A DNA stretch of 64,000 nucleotides. Origin: Octopus bimaculoides (lineage: Eukaryota). The DNA is taken from positions 22,283,175 through 22,347,174 of the forward strand of contig NC_069000.1 in assembly GCF_001194135.2 (NCBI RefSeq). The letters are read 5' to 3'. Every line of letters begins with the position of its first letter. Within the stretch, counting starts at the first letter, position 1. The notes under the pieces are model-generated. The model did not search any database and was not told the origin of the DNA. It was given only the letters and a program-made list of their open reading frames with translations. The position numbers and the translations under genes were made by a program. Positions 27,151 to 40,159 of this stretch are shown one piece after another.

Positions 27151-27584
27151 AAATTCAATACTTTACTACAAACTAGAATCAATCTTCCTCTCCCTCTCAG
27201 CTGGTCAAATGTTAAAATGAAAATGAACAGGTTGTTATCTGCCGTCTGATGCCCAGAACACAGAACAGCAACAGGATACCAAGAAACCAGTAATTTATCA
27301 ACTTCACCACCAAGATTTTTTCCAACAAGAAATAATACCGGTATTAACAAGACCATTGATTGTATTCACTAAAGAATAAGCACGAGATGTCTAGAGAGAA
27401 CAAATCCTGAAAATCCAGAAATCAGATCTAAAACAAGTCCCTTGACTTAACAGAACATAGTCTGAAACAGATACAGGAACCTCTTCATTACTGTTGTTGC
27501 ATTAGAGAGTGAGATGAGGAGAAGCTAGTGGAGAACAGGAGCAAATGTGGAAAGAGAGGCAGACAGAGTAAGAAAGACTTGCTT

Positions 27585-27618
<34 letters not shown>

Positions 27619-27929
27619 AAGAAAATATCAAACATATATAAATTCTGTCTGACCCATGCAAGCATGGAAAAGGAGATGTTAAAACAAAATGTGTGTGTGT
27701 GTGTGTAAGTAGGGGTGAGGGGAGAGACAAACAGAGACAGAAAACAGTAAACTCTAAGGACACAAAAGTTTGCAGCAAAAAGAGAGAGGGAAAGAGAGGT
27801 GGGGAGGGAAAGAGAAGTAGCAAAAGGAAATAAGCAGAAAGAGGAGGTTGGAGACAGAGAGGAACAGAGAACACAGAACATTTACAATAGTTTGACAAAG
27901 AAACAAGAATGAGTATGTGTGTGTCTGTG

Positions 27930-27970
<41 letters not shown>

Positions 27971-29107
27971 ATGTGTATGCATACAGACACATACTTGTTC
28001 ATATACATTTAAGACTTCCACCCCCATTCCAATCCCCACTATACTCCAGAAGGTTGCAAAGTAATCCAGGAACATGATGGCAACAATATCAAAAGTTACC
28101 GGTTCCCAAGAGCCAGATATTCAAACCGATTACTTTTATGACTGGTTCTTCATTTCGGTTTGTTGATTCCGGAAGACAAAGCAAAGATGGCATGACCAGT
28201 AAGTAGAGAATAAACTTGCAAAATATTCTTTACTTTTTTATATATTTATGCATTTATTTACTATTGCAATGTTTTTTTTTTTTNNNNNNNNNNNNNNNNN
28301 NNNNNNNNNNNNNNNNNNNNNNNNNNNNNNNNNNNNNNNNNNNNNNNNNNNNNNNNNNNNNNNNNNNNNNNNNNNNNNNNNNNNNNNNNNNNNNNNNNNN
28401 NNNNNNNNNNNNNNNNNNNNNNNNNNNNNNNNNNNNNNNNNNNNNNNNNNNNNNNNNNNNNNNNNNNNNNNNNNNNNNNNNNNNNNNNNNNNNNNNNNNN
28501 NNNNNNNNNNATTTTTTTTTTTTTTTTTTTTTCAATGTTTCCCCTGATGAAATATGACACACATCCACTTGAGCACATGTATACTAGTACACATTCACAC
28601 ACTGAAATTGTACCAACACAATTCAACACACTCTCATACTGATAATAATTTGTACACCTTCATATACAACAGACATCAACATATACTACTGAACACAAGC
28701 AAACCTATACACACACACATACACACACACCTAGAAATACAACATTGGACACACAAATTTCAAAAGAGGCTATATTCCATTTTGTATTCAAATATAAGTA
28801 AACAACACAATTAAATAGATCAAAAGACAAATACACAAACATACACACGTATATATACATATATGGGGGATTTTACAGTACAAATGGGACATATAGAACT
28901 CAATACATAAAGTAGAGTGCTTATACTATTTTATTATAGGTTGGAAGCTACATCAGTGACTCAAGAGTCATGCAAGAAAAGTTTGTTCACATGAACTGCT
29001 TGGCCCTTGGGTTAGCAATAATACATGTGTGTGTGTGTGTGTGTGTGTATCAATGTTTTAATGTCAACTTTTCCATGCTTGCATGGGTTGTACGAAATTT
29101 GTGTATA

Positions 29108-29686
29108 TCTATAAACTATTAAAAGTGAAGTTCAATCTTGCTTGCTTGCAATGTTACACAGCCAAACTGGCACATAAAAGGAAAATACTTTGAAAGTAAC
29201 GTGCCCCTGAAATGTGAATACAAACAGAATAAAAAAAGTTTTGTGTAAATCAGACCAGTAGTTAGAGATATTTGGTGTTTTGGGGATATAAATACCAAAA
29301 TCAGTGCATAATGGGAAAATACTCCGAAAATAACTTCATCCTGAAAAGGAAGAAACTCTTAACTTTTCCATTAGATGCATTATGATAGGCCAAATATTTT
29401 TAAGTGAAAATCAAAGATTTGGCTGCTATTTTTGGCATGCCCTGCCACCATGTAACAGCTATTTGCAAGAAAGGACCCCAAATACCAGTTACATGGTAGC
29501 AGCACATGCAAGAAATAGCAGCCAAATCTTCCCTTTCCTGAGGAAAGGAACCGTTTACGTGTGATTTCGATGTCACATTTGTTGAAAGCATGCAAAACAA
29601 AACATAGAAAAAAAACTCGTGAAACAAAATCCCATTGCTGGGAAACTCAGACTTCCCCAGTGACAAAACGGGTCACGGGTAGTCTG

Positions 29687-29687
<1 letters not shown>
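29108..29687 (+). mobile_element. Non-autonomous Helitron
   Basis: A|TCTATAAACTATTAAAAG 5' end; 3' hairpin CCCAGTGAC-aaaacgg-GTCACGGG then CTGG|T, fitting the TC..CTRR and AT-site rule. Confidence 0.7.
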
Positions 29688-29733
<46 letters not shown>

Positions 29734-29914
29734 TAAAAAATTAATGAGTACATGTGTTAAATATCTTCAGGATTAAATAAAAAGACAACAAATGGAAAAT
29801 GACATACCTATATACATAATTCTAAAAAATGTGTAGTAAATAAACAAACGAACATATACTAAATGCACAACGAACAGAAAACACGGAAAAAAAAAGGTGT
29901 TGAGTTCTGTGGTC

Positions 29915-29956
<42 letters not shown>

Positions 29957-29967
29957 CGTTCAATGTC

Positions 29968-30545
29968 TACTTTCCATCTTTCCATGCTGACATGGGTTAG
30001 ATGGTTTGGCAGGAGCTGATATGGATGGGGTCTGCATCAGACTCCATTATCTGTTCTGGCATAGTTTCTATGGCTAGATACCCTTCCTAATGCTAACCAC
30101 TTTACAGAGAGTACTGGGTTCTTTTTATGTGGTACAAACACCAGTGTTTTTAACATGGCATCAACACAAACACTTTTTATGTGGCACCAGCATTGGTATT
30201 AATTCTGCTGTGGTGGATGGGTCTTCTTGAGTACAACAAGGCACCTTTGTCATCTTCTTCTTAAGGATCAGTGTCTTGAAATTGGCCTTCAATACTTTGT
30301 CTCACATCTTCCTGGGTCTCCTACCAAAAGTTCCATCCACTTTAAGTGATTCACACTTCAGTATGCAACTGCCTACAACCATACACATCATATGACCAAA
30401 CCAGTGCAGTATTCTCTCTTGCACACTGCATCAAATTCCTCTTGTACCCAGCTTTTCTCTCAATACACCAATGCTCTGGCGCACATCTACACCGACACTG
30501 CACATCCAACAGAGCATACTAGCATCATTCCTCTCTAGCCTTTGC
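29968..30545 (-). mobile_element. Old RTE 3' fragment
   Basis: RTE tail followed by degenerate antisense ORF end. Confidence 0.75.
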
Positions 30546-31367
30546 AACCCAATTCACTTTGTTTTGTGTATGCAAATTTCAATGATCAGGTTAACAAAAA
30601 ACCATTTAAGATTACTTTATCCTCTTTAAGATGGCACAACATAATTTGAAGGAAATTTCATGAAGGCTTCAGTGTTAGCGTATAATAATGTGGTTCAACC
30701 CCAGGTCAGCACTGACTGTACAAACCTAAAATCAAAGATGACCCAGTTATATTCAACCAGTCTCTTTTATTCAGTCTTGATATATTTGCAATTACATAAT
30801 CCAATGTGTTCTTCAGTGTTTTATGAAGGTAAAGTATCACATGAGGAAAATTATGCTGCCATTTCCAGCAGGTTGAATGACCAACATGGAAGTTTCCTTG
30901 GCTCATTTATTAGAATATTGTTAGCCTGCCAACACAACATGATGTAATAAATAAATAAATTAGCATTATTGCACAATAATACTGATGACTGATGCTGAGA
31001 GAGCTTTAAAATTTTACAAAATGCAATTCATTTTAAAATCGAGATTAATGAAGCTAGCTGGGTAATCTTGAAGTATGCTACAATGAATATCTAACTTCAA
31101 AACAATTATTGTGAATACTTTGGATTTATGCAGCTGTGGTTAAATGTCACCTTAACATACATTCTTTAGAGAAGCTCTGAGCGTCAGTACATTTCTATAA
31201 TACTGGCAATATAGCCACAAAATACTGACCTCATTAAAACATATACATACATACATGAATGTATTTACTTAAGAGGAGGACAATGGCAGAGAAACTAGCC
31301 AAAGAGTGGAGATAATATCTATATTTAGTGAAGTATACACACACATATGTGTATAAACATATGCACA

Positions 31368-31489
31368 GGTGTGGCTGTGTGGCAAGAAGTTTGCTTTTCA
31401 ACCACATGGTTCTGGGTTCAGTCCTACTGTGCAGCATCTTGGGCAGGTGTCTTCTATCAGGTTGACCAAAGCCTTGTGAGTGGATTTTG
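31368..31489 (+). mobile_element. SINE family A, 5' half
   Basis: Head + CORE-like part; stops at GTGGATTTTG where mariner sequence begins. Confidence 0.8.
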
Positions 31490-32289
31490 ATTCCAAGTGT
31501 ATTGGACCATCTGAAACAAATCAGCAAGGTAAAGAAGTTGGACAAGTGGGTACCACATGAACTGAACAAGCATCAAACGACGCGTCTTGAAGCTTGCTGT
31601 TCTTTGCTGTCACGGCATAAAAGCGAACCATTTTTGCATCATATTGTTATGTGTGATGAAAAATGAATTCTTTTCTACAATAGCAAGTATTCTGAATAGT
31701 GGTTGGATAGAGACAAAGCGCCAAAACACAATCCAAAAAAGAATATTCACCGAATAAAGCTAATGGTGTCTGTTTGGTGGTCCAGCACTGGTGTCATCCA
31801 CTACAGCTTCATGAGACCTGGTAAGTTAATTAGAGCAGATGTTCACATCAATCAATTGGATGAAATGATGAGTGAACTTGCAATTAAACAACCGGGATTG
31901 GTCAATAGAGACAGGCCAATTCTCTTGCAAGACAATACCTGACCACATGTTGCACAAAGAACGCTACTCAAGTTACAGGAACTGAACTTGAAAGTACTCT
32001 GTCATCCACCATATTCACCAGACCTCGGACCAACTGACTACCACGTTTTCCAGGCATTAGACAACATGTTGCAAAGAAAAAACACCAAGTCTGAAGATGC
32101 AAAAACAGCCTTCTGTGATTTCATCACCTCTAAAGAATTCTTCGCTGCTGTCATAAATAAGCTACCAATAAAATGGCAAAATTGTGTTGATATTTAGGTA
32201 CATACTCTGATTAACTACATTGCTTTTTGTTGAGATAAAGTAAAATAAACTTTCAGCTCCAAATTGGACATTTCATTCTTAATGACCTG

Positions 32290-32290
<1 letters not shown>
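31490..32290 (+). mobile_element. 5'-truncated mariner (DD34D) transposase pseudogene
   Basis: KLDKWVPHEL, IVMCDEK, MVSVWWS, LLQDNT, LCHPPYSPDLGPTDYHVF, with stops; right TIR-like end TAATGACCTGA. Confidence 0.92.
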
Positions 32291-32326
<36 letters not shown>

Positions 32327-32329
32327 TTA

Positions 32330-32560
32330 GTCCTTCTGTTGGCAGTCATTAAAGTTGTTGATCCAATCCAGTAAGCTATCAATCTTATACAAATGCACAC
32401 ACATGCATTGAACAGAAACAGAGGCAAATAAACACAAGGAAACGGTGCAAAAGCACGCACATATTCAGAGTTATAGTAAAAGATGCCTCTGCAAGATGCC
32501 ACAAGGTGGGAATGAACCCAGGACCTGACAGTTGTGAGGCAAACTTCTTAATCATTGGGT
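32330..32560 (-). mobile_element. SINE family A, diverged
   Basis: Head on minus strand at about 32480-32555. Confidence 0.6.
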
Positions 32561-33525
32561 CATACACATATATTTATACATAAATATACACATGCATTGA
32601 TTTAGGTGCAAATATAAACTGAAACACACACACACATACATACATATATGTATATGTACTTGTATGTATGTAGACACACCTATATTTGTCTACATGTGTA
32701 TATACAAACACACAGCTACACCTGTGCTAGAAGTTAGAATGAAGTGCAATATGAGAATATATGGCTATAACTAGCTTCATGAAATATTAAATTTCTAAAA
32801 TGATTTAAGAATAACAACAGTTTCAAATGACAGGACAAAGTATTCTGACAGAAATGGATAAACTGTGTATGTGTGTGTGAGTGAATAAGAACTACATGAT
32901 AGAAAACAATGTATTATTAAGAGAAGGATAAATTATACACACTACTGTGTGTGTATGTGCTATAGAAGAAAGAGAATGTTTATGTATGATACATAATATG
33001 CTTGTAAGAAGAAGAATACTTCTAAATGATAGAACAAGGTGATCAGACAACTATAAACTATACTAGTGTGTGTTTGTAAGACTATGGTGCAATAAAATGT
33101 GGTAACACCTGTAGAAGAACTGTTCCATGATTTATATAATCTTTGCTAATGTCTTCTAATTTAACATAAAGGGATTTGACTACTGTCTGTTTTTATTGCT
33201 TTGTGTGTATATGTGCCTCTATATGAGTATGCCTGTACCCTGTTTAACCCTCAACAGACAGTTGTATGACTGGTTATGTCTGTGTTTTTCATATCTGGAG
33301 AGTCCATGAATGCGTGTGTGTGTGTGCGTGTGTGTGTTTGTACATTAACACTCTGTGGAAACTGTGTGTGCATGCAGATAATGAACAGGGCTTTAATTTC
33401 TGTTTTACAAATCATAAAAGAGAGATGCATCTCTCCACTGGATAGGATGTGAAGCTATTTCAAGCTAACATTGCCAGATAGTTTGGTATCTGTTTCTCAA
33501 GACAGCTAAGTGAACTCAAAATAAG

Positions 33526-34456
33526 TGGTGTAGCACCACCATAGTCAACTGCTACAAAGGTAAAGGTGATACATTAGATAGGAATAATTACAGAGGTATC
33601 AAGTAGTTAGATCAGGTAATGAAAGTCACAGAGAGAGTCATAGCCCAACTAATTAGGGAGAGAGTCAGTCTAAATGAGATGCAGTTTGGATTTGTGTCAG
33701 GGAAAAGCACCACAGATGCTATATTTCTGGTAAGACAGCTGCAGGAGAAATACCTAGCCAAAGATAAACCTCTGTACCTGGCTTTCGTTGACATGGAGAA
33801 AGCCTTTGACAGGGTTCCCCAATCCCTTATCTGGTGGTCGATGAGGAAACTAGGGATAGATGAATGGTTACTGAGAGCTGTACAAGCCATGTACAGGGAT
33901 GCTGTCAGTAAGGTGAGGGTTGGCAATGAGTACAGTGAAGAATTCCAGGTAGGGATAGGGGTCCACCACGAATCAGTCCTCAGCTCCCTCTTATTCATCT
34001 TAGTCCTCCAGGCAATAACAGAAGAATTCAAGACAGGTTGCCCCTGGGAGCTCCTCTATGCTGACGACCTTGCTCTTATAGCTGAGTCTGTATCAGAACT
34101 AGAGGAGAAGTTTCAGGTGTGGAAGCAAGGACTGGAATCAAAGGACCTTAGAGTCAATCTGGCAAAAACCAGAATCTTAATAAGTAGGAAGGCAGACAAA
34201 CCACAAATCCCTTCAGGTAGATGGCCCTGCTCAATCTGTAGAAAAGGTGTAGGTAGAAACTCCATAAGATGTACCGGTGTAAGCTATTGACACAGGAGGT
34301 GCAGCAATATCAAAGGAAGGCTAACTGGGAAGATAGCTTTTGTATGTGGGAAATGCTCAGGGGCAATAAACACTGAAAATGTGCAGAAAACAGCTTCCAT
34401 CACATTCCAGGGAGAAACACTACAAGTAGTTGATAGCTTCCATTACCTAGGTGACC
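33526..34456 (+). mobile_element. RTE LINE reverse transcriptase fragment, both ends truncated
   Basis: KGKGD..NYRGI, QFGFVSGKSTTDAIF, AFVDMEKAFDRV, ELLYADDLALIA, VNLAKT; in-frame stop and frameshifts. Confidence 0.95.
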
Positions 34457-34461
34457 ATATT

Positions 34462-34700
34462 CAGGGACCTTGAGTGGGATGAGCTACTCAACCTGAAGAA
34501 AATCCTAACTGGGCCCCACCTGCAAGGTCATGTGCTGTTTATCTTGATATGAGATCACAATGTCGCGTGCATATGGTTGTGATGCAAGTGCCTAGTGTAC
34601 CCTTATCAGATGGGTATACTGGGCTTCATAGATTTTACCTCAGTGTCACTTTGATGGCATGCACTGCTTTCTCATTCAATAATAATAATAATAATAATAA
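34462..34700 (+). mobile_element. Retroposon-like 3' end with (AAT)n tail
   Basis: Non-RTE sequence ending CTCATTC-(AAT)7; identity as a retroposon tail is inferred. Confidence 0.5.
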
Positions 34701-35029
34701 TCAGGAAGATTCTAAGCACTTGAAAGACAGCTGAAAACTTGTGGATACCTAACGTCACAGACAGTAACCAACTACCGACAAAAATTCTACCAGGAATAAA
34801 TTCTGCCTGAGCCAAACCGAGGGATGTGAGTTCGATCCTCATGGCTGACTGCCAACAAATTTTTCTGCTATTAAAAAGAAAAAAGGATTTTATCCTTTAT
34901 ATCTATACTGTTCAGTATCTATGCATTGAATAAAATTTATCTTTCTACTTGTTCTACCATACATTTCAGCGCTTCGAAAAAACAAACTTGTTTGTTTACA
35001 TTCGGTGTAAAATAATAATAATCTTTTCT

Positions 35030-35450
35030 ATTAAAGGCACAACAAGGCCTGAGACTTTGAGGAAGGAGGTAAGTTGATTCCCAGCCCCTTTCACTGGTAC
35101 TTAACTTATCGACCCTGAAAGGGGTGAAAGGTGAAGTTGGCCTCAGTGGAAATTGAACTCAGAACTTAAAGACAATTGAAATGTCGCAAAGTATCTTGCC
35201 TAGCATGCTACTGATTTGCGATCTTACTGATAATAATAATCCTTTCTACTATAGGCACAAGGCCTGAAATTTGGGGGAGGGGATAGTTGTTTGCATTGAC
35301 CCCAGTACTCAACTGGTACTTATTTCATTGACCCCACAAAAGGATGAAAGACAAAGTTGACCTCGGAGGAATTTGAACCCAGAATGTAGTGGTAGACGAA
35401 ATACGGCTAAGCATTTTGCCTGGCGTGCTAATAATTCAGTCAGCTTACCA
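35030..35450 (-). mobile_element. Two adjacent SINE family B copies
   Basis: Reverse complements of GGCGAGCTGGCAG..CCTTTCATCCTTT..AGTACCAG. Confidence 0.75.
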
Positions 35451-36059
35451 CCTTAATAATAATGATAATAATATAATAGATCAACTTAACAAGAAACAAA
35501 CAAATAATATAAAAAGGAATTATTTAAAGGTTTCCTTCTCTTGTAATTTCTTATTTAAACAGTTCAATATTTTAAAAAGTCATATTCTTCAAAACTCACT
35601 AAGAATTCAAATTGTATTGACTTTTATTTAAAGTTAATTTCAAATTTTTTTCTTTTTCTTTTACAGAGAAAGAGATGCTGAAGAAAAAGTGGGTGATGAT
35701 GGATAGGGTGGTGTAAATAAACTTACAAAAACTGAACTCAAATCACAAGATCAAAGAGATATGTTTTTTTTTCTTTCTTTTATTTTGTTTAAAAGTTGGG
35801 TGTTGAAGATAACGATGATGATGATGATAATGAGATAAAGTGACTTTAGAAATTAACAAAAATTAGCAAGATATGAAGTGAAAGAAAGTCGTTAAGTTAA
35901 GAAACATGTTTAAGGCCTGTGTTCCTTAAAGAAGGAAAAGAATGAGAAAATAATGGTATATGGCAGAAGAGATAATGAGAATATTCTCAGAGGTTACTAA
36001 GCTCAGCAAAACTTTGACATGTGAAATGATGTGGGGAGGAGAGGATTAATAACTAAAAC

Positions 36060-36727
36060 TAAGATAGGGTCAGTTGTAGGGCCTGAGGGTTCATATAAGA
36101 TTTTAGGGGTTCACACTAGCAAAATTTGTTTTTTCAGTGAAATAAAATTATGTTCATTAAAAATGGACACTTTACATTTCAAATTATTGGAGCATTGCTA
36201 TGTGGGAAAAGGTTCTCATTGAAGATGAAAGGAAGGGTATATAGGAGTTGTGTGAGAGCAGCAATGCTGTATGGGAGTAAGACATGGTGCTTGAGGGAGA
36301 GAGAAATGGCAATTTTGAGAAGGACCGAGAGAGAGAGAGCAATGATGAGAGAAATGTGTGGAGTGAAGCTGTTTGATAAGAGTAGGACTGAGGACTTGAT
36401 GGGGATGCTGGGGTTGGAGGAATCAGTGGAATGGCTGGCAAGGGTGAAAGGAGTGTGGTGGTATGGGCATGTGTTGAGGAGGGATGAGAAGCATGTTCTG
36501 AGGAGGGTGCTTGAATTTGAGGTAAATGGACTGAGAAAGTGAGGTAGACTAACGAAAATGTGGAAGGGACAGGTGGAGGAGGAGATTGGGAGGGTTGGCT
36601 TGAGATGAGAGGATGCCCAAAACAGGGCAAGATGGTGTGAGGGCAGTTGTTATGGCATTGAAGTAGATCCGGCCACCCCTGTTAACGGAGACAAAACCTG
36701 GATTTAAAACACTGGATGACATGACAT
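36060..36727 (+). mobile_element. RTE LINE 3' fragment, second family
   Basis: KMKGRVYRSCVRAAMLYGSKTWCL..WWYGHVLRRD; ends GGATTTAAAACACTGGATGAC. Confidence 0.9.
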
Positions 36728-36805
36728 GTACACATATCCCTGTAAATCTGTCTCTCACTTAGACATTGTAGTTATAATCACTTTTCACACCTGTTAGTTA
36801 GTTAG

Positions 36806-36837
<32 letters not shown>

Positions 36838-36939
36838 CCTCCCTTTTAAGCACTGTAAACATAGTCTCTCATTACTTTTACTGGTCTCTCTATCTCTCAT
36901 TTAGAGACAATAAACAATCCATCCACACATTGGTTTGTC

Positions 36940-37110
36940 GGTTTGTCTGTCTGTCTGTCTCTCTGTCTGACTCTCTCTCTCTTTGACTGTCTGTTTGTCT
37001 GTCTGACTCTCTCTCTCTTTGATTGCCTGTCTGTCTGTCTGACTCTCTCTTTGACTGTCTGTCTGACTCTCTCTTTGACTGTCTGTCTGACTCTCTCTCT
37101 CTCTCTCTTT
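36940..37110. repeat. Compound (CTGT)n/(CT)n repeat
   Basis: Repeated CTGTCTGACTCTCTCTTTGA units. Confidence 0.9.
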
Positions 37111-37259
37111 TCAAGATACAGCAAACATAACCCTTCCTCACACTTGTTAGTCTCTCATTCTCTCTAGTCTTTCCTGAAATTTATTAGGTCTCTCCTTTCT
37201 GATAAAACAACTAACATAGTCTCCCCTCACACTTGTTAAGCTCTCTCTCTCAGATATTA

Positions 37260-37318
<59 letters not shown>

Positions 37319-37328
37319 NNNNNNNNNN

Positions 37329-37381
<53 letters not shown>

Positions 37382-37826
37382 CAAAATGTCTGATTGATTT
37401 ATTTTTTTCTTATTGGCTGCAATATTTGTCAGTTAAACGGAGAAGAGTAGCAGAAAAAGGTGTGTACAGTTCTTGGTAGTCAGGAAGTGTGCAGAGTCTA
37501 AAGTGGAATGTGATTGACTTTTTATTAGAAGAGGAAGGCACTGAGATGGCAGCAGCAGATAAAATTAAACAAAGACATTTGTCCAAGACAAACAAAACTG
37601 GCTAAGTGTTTTTTCATCAACATCACTACCACACTTTTTGAAACACACACATACACATATATACAGTTGCCACCTAAGCATTGCACATACACACACACAC
37701 GCATGCATGCATACACACACACTGGTGGTCATATTTCTCATTGTATAAAAATTCCAAAGAAATCGGTGCTAAAGTAGAAACTGGATTGCCTGATAAGTTA
37801 GACAGATGTATGTGTGTGTGTGTGTA

Positions 37827-37875
<49 letters not shown>

Positions 37876-37994
37876 ATATGTATATATGTGTGTGTGTGTG
37901 TGTATACACATACACATTTCTACTGACATTGATTAACTACCAAGGTATCTAAGTTTCATGAACCACTTCAAAGAGTACAGAAGCAAATACTGGA

Positions 37995-38039
<45 letters not shown>

Positions 38040-38448
38040 GGACTAAGCAAGAGTGCCTGAGAATAAATGCCTTTATGTGCATGAATGAGAGGAGGAGGCA
38101 AAGAGTGTAATAAATATCAATATGGGTATGACTCTGTACATATATTTCAAAGATTTTTATGAAAATGTAAACTGCAGCAAGAATCTTGCAATGCATATGA
38201 GATAGAGAGAGAGAATAGTGCCTGATTATCACTGACAGCCTCCGTGTTTGTGTGTGTACGCAAGCGCACATGTGTGTGTGTGTGTGCACGCGTGCATCTG
38301 AGTGTGTATGTATGCACACACATGTGTGCATGCTAATTCTTCCACAACCTCGATGGCCCACATGTCTGTACCTCAATCCAGTTTCTGAAGCAAGAGGCCA
38401 ATGGTAAAATAAAGTTGCAGTCCAGCATATTAGAAACTAATGAAACAG

Positions 38449-38678
38449 GTGGCGAGCTGGCAGAATCGTTAGCACGCCAGGCGAAATGCTTAGCGGTATT
38501 TCGTCTGCCGTTACGTTCTGAGTTCAAATTCCGCCGAGGTCGATTTTGCCTTTCATCCTTTCGGGGTCGATAAATAAAGTACCAGTTACGCACTGGGGTC
38601 GATCCAATCGGCTTAATCTCTTTGTCGGTCCTTGTTTGTCCCCTCTATGTTTAGCCCCTTGTGGGCAATAAAGAAATA
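38449..38678 (+). mobile_element. SINE family B, young, 17-bp TSD
   Basis: TSD AGAAACTAATGAAACAG at 38432-38448 and 38679-38695. Confidence 0.93.
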
Positions 38679-39019
38679 AGAAACTAATGAAACAGTCTGG
38701 TATTTATTCTTCAAGAAGGTAAAGTGGTAAATGGAAACAACGAGAAGCAGGGGAGGGGGGTGGTGCTGCTGACTATCTATTCCCAAGAAATACAATGAAA
38801 TGTCTCTGCAGAGATAGGAACACTGGAATCATTGACCGACTACAAAATCACCCAATGTCTTCAATCCTTTTGTTGCCATATTTCTATTGAAACACACTGC
38901 TTTGTTTCAATTAATTTTTAAAATAATAACAAATTTGGAAAAACAAAAATTGTTTGTTATTAAAGCTGAAATTTCAGAGATAAATTAACATGGAATTCTG
39001 ATAAAAGGATTTAATTTAA

Positions 39020-39244
39020 CACTTTAACATTCTGATTATTCTGTCAAATGAAACATTTATTCCTTCACATTGTTTTAAAATTAATCATGGTGTATCTCAC
39101 AGCTTCAAGATCTTAATGAAATGATTGCTTATTTTTAGAGCGACATTGTGAGGTAGGTGTGAGAGCTCAGATATAGCTGGTTTGGACATAAAACACATAG
39201 AACATTTGGACCAGGTATTATTGCCAGTTTAAATGCTAAGGGGG
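39020..39244. mobile_element. piggyBac-type MITE
   Basis: TTAA at 39016-39019 and 39245-39248; body as 1131-1351. Confidence 0.75.
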
Positions 39245-40002
39245 TTAAATCACTTGATACATGCAGTTTGTATGACAGAACTAGAGGTGATCTCAGATAG
39301 GTTAATATCAAAGGGGTTAATCACTTAACCTACTGAAATCTCAGAGTTAATTGCAGAGAGGTAGAAATTTGTTGTCTGATTAAAGATGTTGATGTTCAGC
39401 TCTTGGTTAACCTGGATCAAACAAAACTCTGCAACCTGATAACAACACCAATTCCTTCAAAAATACCTGAAATCTTGCAAAAGGTTCCTCATCATTCATA
39501 TCTGGTAAATAAAGATTGTGTGATCAAAAAGTTTGCTTCCCAATCACATGGTTGTGTCTATATGTATCTAAATGTTTGTCACTTCTCCTGTAAGGAATGA
39601 AGTAGGATTTATTCCTGACACTTGACTCATCATTTATAGTCTTATTGGTGAAGGATATATAAGGCAGAGGCAGTGACTCTCTCTAACCAAGCCTCTAGAA
39701 ATTCATACCACACACAAACACACACAAGTATAGATTCAAAGTAAAAAAGAATATTCTTCTCCCAATTCACCTCAGGGTTATTTTCAACTATCTCACATAT
39801 CTATAAATGGCATGAATTTTCTGTAAATAAATCACTTATGATGACTCTCTCAAAAGAGATAAAAGAGAAAAATAAATAATTATCTAAAATCTCGACTACT
39901 TTCTTTTTTTCTTCATATATATATATATATATATATATACAAGGAGGGAAGCTGACAATTATTAGAACAATTAGCAAAATGCTTAGTGGCATTTCATCTA
40001 TC

Positions 40003-40138
40003 TTCACATTCTGAGGAGGTTGACTTTACCTTTCACCCTTTTGGGGTGATAAAATAAGTACCAGTTGAACACTGGAGTTGAAATAATCAACTTATCCCAA
40101 CCCTGAAACCATTGGCCTTGCGCCAAAATTTGAAACCA
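40003..40138 (-). mobile_element. SINE family B, 3' part
   Basis: TTGACTTTACCTTTCACCCTTTT..AGTACCAGTTGAACACTGG matches family B; orientation call is tentative. Confidence 0.6.
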
Positions 40139-40159
40139 ATATATATATATATATAATGC

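Noticed and set aside
28050-28120. SYRFPRA similarity to the DPP8/9 SYRYPR motif
   Set aside because: The frame hits a stop 8 codons later and flanking residues do not match
34820-34850. GAGTTCGATCCTC T-arm-like motif
   Set aside because: No matching acceptor, D or anticodon arms
35667-35720. Strong acceptors at 35666, 49065 and 56120 as exon starts
   Set aside because: No convincing donor or recognisable peptide; such sites are frequent in AT-rich DNA
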